Assembly (NCBI GenBank): GCA_034432635.1
Contig: DAOUBK010000101.1
Span: forward strand, 263-64,262
Direction of reading: 5' to 3'
DNA: 64,000 nt
DNA from: Roseiflexus sp.
GTDB lineage: Bacteria > Chloroflexota > Chloroflexia > Chloroflexales > Roseiflexaceae
The notes under the pieces are model-generated. The model did not search any database. It saw only the letters and a program-made list of their open reading frames with translations, and was not told the DNA's origin. How positions within the stretch are numbered: the stretch's first letter is position 1; each line of letters opens with the position of its first letter. The translations under genes and the position numbers were made by a program. Shown here piece after piece: positions 45,295 through 52,922 of this stretch.

Positions 45295-45334
45295 GAGTTC
45301 AGCATTCTCTTTCATTACCGAGAATGCTGAACTC
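45295..45334 (+). terminator. Perfect 15-bp stem hairpin (GAGTTCAGCATTCTC / GAGAATGCTGAACTC, 10-nt loop)
   Basis: Read directly. It lies 9 nt after the isomerase stop and 17 nt before the next start. No U-tract follows. Confidence 0.45.
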
Positions 45335-45350
45335 TCAACGCTGAACTCCG

Positions 45351-46682
45351 ATGAAGTCAGTCCTGCTCATTGGTACACTCGACACGAAAGGGCGCGAAAT
45401 AGCCTACCTGCGCGACCGGTGTCGGGCGCTCGGGCTGGGTGCGCTGGTGCTCGATTCTGGAATACTCGGCGAGCCGCTTGGCTGTGAGGCTGACATCACC
45501 CGCACGGAAGTAGCGCGCGCCGCTGGCTATGATCTCAACACGCTCCAGACGATCGGAACTCGCGGCGCCGCAGTTGAGCGCATGATTCGTGGCGTTGAAA
45601 AGCTGGCGGCGGATCTCTTTGCTGCCGGACGTTTCCATGGAGTAATCTGCCTCGGCGGGGCGGAAGGCGCCGTGCTTGGTGCAGCAGCAACCCGTGTATT
45701 GCCCATCGGTGTTCCAAAAATCATCGTCTCACCGATCGCTTCCGGCATGCGCCGTTTCGGTCCACTCGTCGGGCGACGCGATGTGATGGTGCTGCACTCG
45801 ATTGTTGATATTCTCGGTATCAACCCAATCAGTCGAACAATCTTCGACAATGCAGCAGCGGCGATGGCTGGAATGCTGCTGTACGGCGCAAGCCGTGAGG
45901 CTGTGACGAAACCGGCAGGCAATGAAGCGGGAGAACCGCAAACCGACATTCAACCTCCATCCATTCGTCATGCTGCTCTCCGGTCGCACGATCCGGGTCT
46001 CACCTCTCAGGCTTATGTCGCTGCCACCATGCTCGGTAATACAACCAGAGGAATGATGATCGTCAAAGAGGTGCTGGCTCAGCATGGATATGAAACGGTC
46101 ATCTTTCACTCGAACGGTGTGGGTGGACCGATCATGGAAGAGTTGCTGGACACCGGGATGTTCGTCGGTGTAATTGACTACACCCTCAATGAACTGTCCG
46201 AACCATTGCTCGGCGGTTTCCAGTCCGCTCCAGAACGATTGGAGCGCGCTGGAGCACTTGGACTGCCGCAACTTGTCGTGCCGGGGTGCGTGGATTTCGC
46301 CTGCCATGGGCCGCAACACGCCGTTCCGGAATCTCTACGTAACCGACCGGCATACTATCACAATCCCGAATTTACGTTGATACGTTTGAACCGCAGCGAG
46401 ATGGAAGAAGTCGGTGCAACGATTGCCCGCAAACTGAATGCCGCGCGTGGTCCGGTCACCGTACTGGTGCCGCTGGGAGGTCTTTCTGTGCCAAATATGC
46501 CTGGCGGAGTATTCTACGACCCCGCTGCCGATGCTGCCTTCCGCGCTGCTCTGCGTACCAACCTGCGTCCCGAGATCTCTCTGCACGAGATCGACGCACA
46601 TATCAACGACGAAACATTTGCGCGCGCCGTTGCTGCGGCATTCCTGGAACTGATGCGTAAACGACCGGCACAACCTGCCTGA
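45351..46682 (+). CDS. Tm-1-like ATP-binding domain protein (UPF0261 family)
   Basis: The N-terminus LLIGTLDTKGREIAYLRDR plus GGAEGAVLG and VPGCVDF blocks were recognised as UPF0261/Tm-1-like. Confidence 0.75.
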   Translation: MKSVLLIGTLDTKGREIAYLRDRCRALGLGALVLDSGILGEPLGCEADITRTEVARAAGYDLNTLQTIGTRGAAVERMIRGVEKLAADLFAAGRFHGVICLGGAEGAVLGAAATRVLPIGVPKIIVSPIASGMRRFGPLVGRRDVMVLHSIVDILGINPISRTIFDNAAAAMAGMLLYGASREAVTKPAGNEAGEPQTDIQPPSIRHAALRSHDPGLTSQAYVAATMLGNTTRGMMIVKEVLAQHGYETVIFHSNGVGGPIMEELLDTGMFVGVIDYTLNELSEPLLGGFQSAPERLERAGALGLPQLVVPGCVDFACHGPQHAVPESLRNRPAYYHNPEFTLIRLNRSEMEEVGATIARKLNAARGPVTVLVPLGGLSVPNMPGGVFYDPAADAAFRAALRTNLRPEISLHEIDAHINDETFARAVAAAFLELMRKRPAQPA

Positions 46683-46720
46683 CGCCGACCTGTCTGAGCG
46701 AACAACGGAGGTATGCTCAC

Positions 46721-47581
46721 ATGACCGACAAACTGATATCCCATTGTCTGGCAGACCTGTGTATGCCAGATATTCAGGCGTATCTTCAACGTGATGATAC
46801 CATCCTTATTCCTATGGCCAGTACTGAACAGCACGGACCGCATCTACCGCTCTCTACCGACACTGTAACAGCACTGGAGGTCAGTCGACGAGCAGCAGAG
46901 GCAGCGGACGTGCTGTATACACCGGTCGTCTGGATGGGTTACTCACCGCAGCACATGCGTCCACCCGGCCTCGGCGCTGGCACGATCACGGTGCGTGCCG
47001 AGACATTGCTCAACCTGCTGTATGACATTGCTCGCAGCCTCATCCATCACGGTTTCAATCGCCTTATCTTTGTCAACGGGCATGGTTCGAATGTCAAGAT
47101 CATCGACCCGTTACTGCGGCGCATCCGTTACGAAACCGGAGCACTGGTCGGGTTCTACAAGCCGTATGCGGAACGTTACATGGGACTGATCAAAGACTTG
47201 ATGGAGAACCCGCCAGAAGAAACTCCCGGCTGGCACGCCAGCGAACTTGAAACCTCACAAATGCTTGCTCACAATCCGAAACTGGTGCGGATGGAGCGCG
47301 CAGCGAAGACGGAGACCCACATCCCAGCATGGTTTCCGCCATCCTTCAAGAAGGCCGACGGTGCACCGGACGTCGAGTTTGAAGGGTATCAGTACTTTCA
47401 GTTTCCGATGGATCACGATGAGTTCAACGATACGGGCGTGATCGGCAACCCGCTACGCGCCACAGCAGAGAAGGGCGAAGAAGCCTTCCGTCGCTATGCC
47501 CGCCATCTGGTGCACGCGATCAACGAACTGCGCAAAGTCGATGTGAAAGTACACAACCGTGCATTTGTCGATAGAGTTTGA
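46721..47581 (+). CDS. Creatininase-family amidohydrolase
   Basis: Family blocks are IPMASTEQHGPHLPLSTDT, FVNGHGSN and HASELETS. A GGAGG SD is present. Confidence 0.85.
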   Translation: MTDKLISHCLADLCMPDIQAYLQRDDTILIPMASTEQHGPHLPLSTDTVTALEVSRRAAEAADVLYTPVVWMGYSPQHMRPPGLGAGTITVRAETLLNLLYDIARSLIHHGFNRLIFVNGHGSNVKIIDPLLRRIRYETGALVGFYKPYAERYMGLIKDLMENPPEETPGWHASELETSQMLAHNPKLVRMERAAKTETHIPAWFPPSFKKADGAPDVEFEGYQYFQFPMDHDEFNDTGVIGNPLRATAEKGEEAFRRYARHLVHAINELRKVDVKVHNRAFVDRV

Positions 47582-47604
47582 ACGACGATAATACCTGCAA
47601 TTGG

Positions 47605-48061
47605 TTACACCTTTTCCAGCGAAAAGATCTGGTTCAAGCCGTCCCAGTAATAGATGGCATAGAAGGCGCCGTCTTCCAGTTCGGAAAAGGCTTCGTCCGG
47701 CACCGTGTAGATGTTGCCCCCAGGTGTAGTTCGGTAGCAACATAGGTGCTAGTAGGGTTGTTGTTGCTGTTGCGACGGGTACGCTGGACGAGGAATGGCG
47801 CACCTGCCAGAGCGACAATCCCTGCACCGGCGAGCATACCCACGCCGGTGGCGCTATCTGTGGCGAGCTCCAGCCAGCCCATTACTGCCAGCAGCTAACC
47901 GAGGACACCGATTATTCCAAAGCCTATGGCAGTCAGCAATCGTTTTAGGGCGCGGCGGTCATTCGTCACGCGCACCGATTGACGCGGCGACAATTCACGC
48001 TGCGGTTGTAAGCCAGGTCTTCGAGGGTGAAGTCGAACAGTTGCATGAGACAAGTAGTCAT
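47605..48061 (-). pseudogene. Disrupted small membrane-protein gene (two frameshifts and one in-frame TAG)
   Basis: A GGAG SD and an ATG at 48061 give MTTCLMQLFDFTLEDLAYNRS. The sequence continues in another frame as RELSPRQ...IGFGIIGVLG-TAG(47895-47897)-LLAVMGWLE. After the C-run at 47717-47721, a third frame gives NIYTVPDEAFSELEDGAFYAIYYWDGLNQIFSLEKV-stop (47605). Confidence 0.45.
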
Positions 48062-48095
48062 GCTGTTTATCTCCACAAAACAGAGTCTATCCATT

Positions 48096-48126
48096 GGGTA
48101 GGCGAAGGCAGAGCCTTTGCCTACCC
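48096..48126. repeat. REP-like hairpin element, copy 1 (GGGTAGGCGAAGGC-AGA-GCCTTTGCCTACCC)
   Basis: 14-bp stem with one G-T pair and a 3-nt loop, read directly. Confidence 0.55.
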
Positions 48127-48237
48127 CGGATGTTTCGGACAGGCTCTGCGAACGAGTGACGATGTGCGGTCGGAGAAACGGCGAGCGCCTGCATGCCGGC
48201 TGTGCGCTGACGATGATTGTCTCCGATACGTCGAAGC

Positions 48238-48268
48238 GGGTAAGCGAAGGCAGCGCTCCTGCCTACCC
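48238..48268. repeat. REP-like element, copy 2 (GGGTAAGCGAAGGCAGCGCTCCTGCCTACCC), direct orientation
   Basis: It shares the GGGTA-GCGAAGGCAG...TGCCTACCC frame with copy 1, 142 nt away. The stem is less perfect. Confidence 0.5.
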
Positions 48269-48288
48269 GCTTTTATGCCATCGACCCT

Positions 48289-48507
48289 TCACATTAAACC
48301 TGTGCCGCCACGCTTCGACAACCGCTGATCGAGTGTGACGGCGAACGCCTGAAGACTTGTACTATCCAGTTTTTCCAGCGCATCGAGTTCTTCTTCCGTC
48401 AGATCGTATTCTTTGCATGCCTCGCGCGCATTCTCGATCAATGCCTGGCGAAACTCCGGATCCGTCACTGCCCGCCCGATGACCCGTTCGACTTCCGACT
48501 GAGACAT
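48289..48507 (-). CDS. 72-aa NHLP/Nif11-clan leader-like small protein
   Basis: A GAAAGGAG SD lies 7 nt before ATG 48507. The sequence is MSQSEVERVIGRAVTDPEFRQALIENAREACKEYDLTEEELDALEKLDSTSLQAFAVTLDQRLSKRGGTGLM. It has the DP-x-FR...LT-x-EE-x-x-AL helical pattern of NHLP-type leaders, with a GG six residues before the end. It lies 30 nt downstream of the cyclase gene. Confidence 0.6.
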   Translation of the reverse strand: MSQSEVERVIGRAVTDPEFRQALIENAREACKEYDLTEEELDALEKLDSTSLQAFAVTLDQRLSKRGGTGLM

Positions 48508-48537
48508 GGCACTGCTCCTTTCTGAACGAAACATGCG

Positions 48538-51500
48538 CTACAGCCCGAGCATATCGTGATACATACTGCGCATCCGGCGCACTTCTCCATCGGCGCCTGT
48601 CAATGTAAACGTATCGAATGCTCGTTTTAGATACGCAATTCCTTCGTTCAGGTTACTGGTCCGGAGCAGTGCAGCGCCATATGCCTGCCAGGTGCGCGCC
48701 AGTTCGAAGCGATCTCGAACCGCTTCGCACAGCGTCGCACTGCCGATAAAATCTTCCTGCCAGGAATATCTGCCGGCGACGGTTGCCTCGCCGCGCAACC
48801 GCAGCGCAATTGCCATCAGATCGTCGGCGCCGAGGGAGCGACTCAACTCGACCGCCTGATCGGCATACGCTGCCGCCGACTCCCGATCGCCATACCCGAT
48901 CATCGCTTCTGCCAGCGCGTTGAGTGCCTCGATCCGCAGCAACGGCGCCTGAAGCGCCTCAGCAGTCGCCAGTACACGGCGGGCAAGTTCGGCAGCCTGA
49001 CGAGGATCGCCCAGCGCACTGTACGTCTGCGCCAGATGGACGAGTGTGTTTGCCTCCTGATCGGTGCTGCCGAGTGCGTGGTGCGACTGCAGCGCCTCCT
49101 CGAAGACTGCCCGTGCGCGCTCACAGTCGCCGCGACGGTAGTGAATGATGCCAAGGGTGTTGAGCAACTGCGCTGTTGTCAACTGTGCGTGCAGGCGGCG
49201 CGATAGTTCCAGCGCTTCTGCGCAGCAGGCTTCGGCTTCGGCGTACTGACCGAGAATGGTAAGAGAGTAGGCGATATTGCCCAGAGCATAGACAATCGCG
49301 TACTGTAACCCGATCTTGCGCGCCAGCGTCTCAGCCACGCGGTAATGTTCGAGCGCTCGCTCGTGGTCGCTCTGCAACTGCCAGAGGTAACCGATATTGT
49401 TGTGCGAGGCGATCATGCCCGGCAGATCGTCGATTGACTCGCGCACCCGCAGGCTCCGTTCAAAGAACTCACGTGCACGAGCGTATTCACCACGCAAGGT
49501 CAGCACCGAACCGCTCTCGGCATGTAACCGGGCTTCGATCTGTTCGTTCTCCACCGTTCGAACGGCGGTGTGCAATGCCGCCAGTCCTTCCTCGCACGCT
49601 ACCAGCGCCAGATCATATTCACCGCGTCGTCGCCGCACAAGGGCGATGTCGGCGTTAATGTGCGCCATTGCCAGCGGCGCCACTTCGGTCGGATGCGTGC
49701 GCACGACGAGCATGGCCTGCTCCAGCGCCTCCAGCGCCGCGGCGTACATCCCCTGTTTTTCGAGTACGGCGCCACGCCGATGGTACGCCTGCTGCGCCAC
49801 ATCCGGCGGAATGCCGGGCGTTTCGAGGATGTGCGCAAGATGCAGCAGCGCTTTGTCGTAATGACCGAGTGTGGCTTCCACGTCGGCAATTGCTGTGCGC
49901 GTCTCCCATGTGCGCGGGTCGTCGGTGTCTTCCGCCAGTGCGTCGAGAGCCCAGGCATAGTACTGCAACGCCTCTTCGTTGGCGAAGACTGCACGCGCTG
50001 CGTGACCAGCTTTCAACAGATAGTGGATTGCCTTGTCGCGCCGGTTACTGAGACGATAGTGGTGCGCCAGCAAACCGTAGTAATCGTCCAGGTCGTCGGC
50101 GTAGCGCTGTTCGAGGTATTCGCCGATTCGACCGTGCAGTTCGCGCCGCCGCGAGTAGAGCATACTCTGGTAAGCGACTTCCTGGAGTAACGCATGGCGG
50201 AACGTATGAACCCGCTCCGGTTCGAGCCGTTCCAGAATCGTGATTTCCTGCTCGTCCAGATGGGTTAACTGACGAAGCAGCGCAATGCGGTCAACCGTCT
50301 GGATCGCCTGTAAGACACCGAACGGTATCCGCTGCCCGATGACCGACGCCACGCGCAGCACATTGCGAGCATGTTCGTCGAGGCGATCGATACGCGCCAG
50401 CAGCAAGCCGTTTAAGCTGTCGGGCAGGCTATCGAGGCTATGAAGCAACGCCTGATTCGATTGCACGAGCACCACACGCAACAGTTCCGCCATGAAAAGC
50501 GGGTTACCCGCCGCCCGCGCAGCGATCTGACAGCGCAACGTTTCTGGCAGTGGCACGTCGCCGGCCAGTATCTTGACCAGGCGGTCACTGTCGTCGGCAG
50601 GCAATTCGCGCACTTCAAGCACGGCAGCCTGATCATCACCGGTCAGAGCAGGGGTCGGGCGATGGGCGCCGAGCAGCAGAACCGGTGCCTGCCGTACTGC
50701 GTGCGCAACACGCCGCCAGAGTTCGAGTGAGACCGGATCCGCCCAGTGCAGATCTTCGAAGATGACCAGCAGCGGATCGCGCGAAGCGGCATGCAGCAGC
50801 AAGCGTTCCAGCAGATCGAAGCGACGTTCCTGACGCAACTGTGGATCCAGACCACGCGTCAACCGGTTATCGGGAATATCGAGCCGCACCAGGTCACCCA
50901 GCAAAGGCAACCATTCGTCCATACCAGGACCAAGCGCCGCGAGATGGTCGGCGATCTTTGCTGCGCGCACCTCGCTGCTCTCACCGGCAACCAGACCACA
51001 CAGCGATTTCAGCAATTCGCCCCATGCAGCGTAAGGAATGGTAGCCGTGTAGGAAAGACAGGCCGCCGATACTACCCGCATCCTGCATTCGTTCGCCATC
51101 TCGATGAGCGCCGCCACCAGCCGGCTCTTGCCAACCCCTGCCTCGCCGACCAGACGCACGGCTCGCCCCGATCCGACACGCGCGGCATCGAGTTCGCCGC
51201 TCAACCAGGCGAGTTCGCGCTCCCGCCCGACGAGCGGGTGTGCTTCCCGCAGAAGCAACCGTGCCACTTCACCACCGTCGCGCTCGCTTACGACCCGGCA
51301 GAGTTCGAGCGGTTCCGTCTTCCCCTTGAGCGCGACACTCCCACGCGGCTCGCACACAATCCGGGACGCGCTATTGCCCAAAGCCTGGCTGCACCACACA
51401 TCGCCCCACGGCGCTGCGCTCATCACCCGTGCAGCGATATTGACCGCGTCACCCATCACGGTGTACTCTTTGCGGGTGGCGCTGCCGACATTGCCGGCGA

Positions 51501-52806
51501 AGACAACCCCCGAATTCAAGCCGATGCGCTGCTGAAGCAGGGATGACGCCGCAGACTGTGATCGAGCTCCAGAGTCATCATGATCGCTCAGGATCGCTTC
51601 GATATGGGCATTTACATCGTGCAGACCTTCCTGCATGGCCAGTGCAGCGTGCGCGGCTCGCTCGGCGTGATCCTCATACGCAGCCGGAGCGCCAAAAATT
51701 GCCAGCAGTTTCACGCCTTCCTCAGCCACGTCCAGTTTGTTGATCACCCCACCGTAGCGCGCAATCGCGGATTGCATGGCAACCATGTAGCGCTCGAACA
51801 GTTGCGCAGACTGCACCGGCGGCAGCGCCTCCGCCAGCGCCTCAAGTCCGACGACCTGCGCGAATAACGCAGTCACCGGTCGCAGATCGGCTTCGATCTG
51901 CGGTTGGTCCGGAACGGCGATGATCCGGCTCAGCAGTGCGGGTGGCAGGTAGGGACTGAGACGGTCGAGATCGTCCAGGAGGTCGGTAAGCGTCTCACCG
52001 GCTTTCATTGTGTCCGTCCGAAGGCGTTCGGCGCCCGAGGGGGTGGTTGCATTGATCGTCGTGTGCAGGCGAAAGAAGCCTGATGGCAACATATCGCCCA
52101 CGACATCGACATCGGCGAGCAGCTCACGTGTGCGCCGCCCAAGAACGATCTCGCCCGGACCCGCCAGCGCCTCGGCGCGCGCCACACCGTTGACAACCGC
52201 GCCAAGCGCCGCGTAGTGCCACGACTCGGACTGCCCGGCGCTGACCAGCGCTACCTGACCGCTCTCCACCCCAATGTGCAGATAAACGGGGAAATCGCCG
52301 ATGCTGGCGACGTGGCACACAAAACCGTGCAGAGCGCGCTGCAGGTCTACGGCTGCACACGTGGCCGTCCGTGGATGATCGACATCATCGAACATCACCA
52401 GGAGCGCATCGCCGCCGAACGAAATCAGATCGCCGCCATATGCGTGGATCACATCGATCATGCGCGCGAAGACACCGTTGAGAAAATCGGTGACCAGTTC
52501 GATGCCTTCCCGTCCCAGCACGCCAAGACGTTCTGCCAGCACTGTCGAGCCGGAGAGATCGGCAAACAGCAGCGACCCTTCGATCCATTGCAACCAGGGC
52601 GGAGAGAGATATTCATCCAGCGCGCGGTGCACGATCCGCCGTGGCAGATAGGTGGCAATGGTCGCGCGCACTGCTGCAAGATGCGTAAAGACGGAATGCA
52701 GGTCAACACGACCGGCAGTATGACTCAGGCGGTCGTACATATCCATCGGCAGGTAGCGCGTCAGTCGTTCTGATGCTACCACGCTGATGTCTGCAGGGTA
52801 AGGCAT
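48538..52806 (-). CDS. STAND-type signalling protein: two tandem class III nucleotide-cyclase homology domains, an AAA/NACHT-like ATPase and TPR repeats
   Basis: CHD1 (52132-52578) has FADLSGST and GGDALLVMF. CHD2 (51292-51879) has LFAQVVGLE, GGVINKLDVAEEGVKLLAIFG and YTVMGDAVNIAARV. Walker A is GEAGVGKS (51124-51147), followed by a long TPR region. The start at MPYPAD (52806) is preferred; the 82-aa upstream extension is Arg/His-rich and overlaps the neighbouring gene. Confidence 0.85.
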   Translation of the reverse strand: MPYPADISVVASERLTRYLPMDMYDRLSHTAGRVDLHSVFTHLAAVRATIATYLPRRIVHRALDEYLSPPWLQWIEGSLLFADLSGSTVLAERLGVLGREGIELVTDFLNGVFARMIDVIHAYGGDLISFGGDALLVMFDDVDHPRTATCAAVDLQRALHGFVCHVASIGDFPVYLHIGVESGQVALVSAGQSESWHYAALGAVVNGVARAEALAGPGEIVLGRRTRELLADVDVVGDMLPSGFFRLHTTINATTPSGAERLRTDTMKAGETLTDLLDDLDRLSPYLPPALLSRIIAVPDQPQIEADLRPVTALFAQVVGLEALAEALPPVQSAQLFERYMVAMQSAIARYGGVINKLDVAEEGVKLLAIFGAPAAYEDHAERAAHAALAMQEGLHDVNAHIEAILSDHDDSGARSQSAASSLLQQRIGLNSGVVFAGNVGSATRKEYTVMGDAVNIAARVMSAAPWGDVWCSQALGNSASRIVCEPRGSVALKGKTEPLELCRVVSERDGGEVARLLLREAHPLVGRERELAWLSGELDAARVGSGRAVRLVGEAGVGKSRLVAALIEMANECRMRVVSAACLSYTATIPYAAWGELLKSLCGLVAGESSEVRAAKIADHLAALGPGMDEWLPLLGDLVRLDIPDNRLTRGLDPQLRQERRFDLLERLLLHAASRDPLLVIFEDLHWADPVSLELWRRVAHAVRQAPVLLLGAHRPTPALTGDDQAAVLEVRELPADDSDRLVKILAGDVPLPETLRCQIAARAAGNPLFMAELLRVVLVQSNQALLHSLDSLPDSLNGLLLARIDRLDEHARNVLRVASVIGQRIPFGVLQAIQTVDRIALLRQLTHLDEQEITILERLEPERVHTFRHALLQEVAYQSMLYSRRRELHGRIGEYLEQRYADDLDDYYGLLAHHYRLSNRRDKAIHYLLKAGHAARAVFANEEALQYYAWALDALAEDTDDPRTWETRTAIADVEATLGHYDKALLHLAHILETPGIPPDVAQQAYHRRGAVLEKQGMYAAALEALEQAMLVVRTHPTEVAPLAMAHINADIALVRRRRGEYDLALVACEEGLAALHTAVRTVENEQIEARLHAESGSVLTLRGEYARAREFFERSLRVRESIDDLPGMIASHNNIGYLWQLQSDHERALEHYRVAETLARKIGLQYAIVYALGNIAYSLTILGQYAEAEACCAEALELSRRLHAQLTTAQLLNTLGIIHYRRGDCERARAVFEEALQSHHALGSTDQEANTLVHLAQTYSALGDPRQAAELARRVLATAEALQAPLLRIEALNALAEAMIGYGDRESAAAYADQAVELSRSLGADDLMAIALRLRGEATVAGRYSWQEDFIGSATLCEAVRDRFELARTWQAYGAALLRTSNLNEGIAYLKRAFDTFTLTGADGEVRRMRSMYHDMLGL

Positions 52807-52922
52807 GTTTTCTGCCTTTTGATGCAGCACCATACTGTTCTGGTGGAGAAAACGCGCAACGCTGCTTTCATTATAACGTATACAGACGACTCCGCGGGCT
52901 ATCGCGCTGTCTCCTGAAGCGT

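Noticed and set aside
48289-48507. Calling the NHLP-like ORF a bona fide RiPP precursor or biosynthetic gene cluster.
   Set aside because: Only four residues follow the Gly-Gly. No maturase, peptidase-domain exporter or tandem precursor copies occur within at least 10 kb on either side. It is reported instead as an orphan leader-like protein coupled to the STAND gene.
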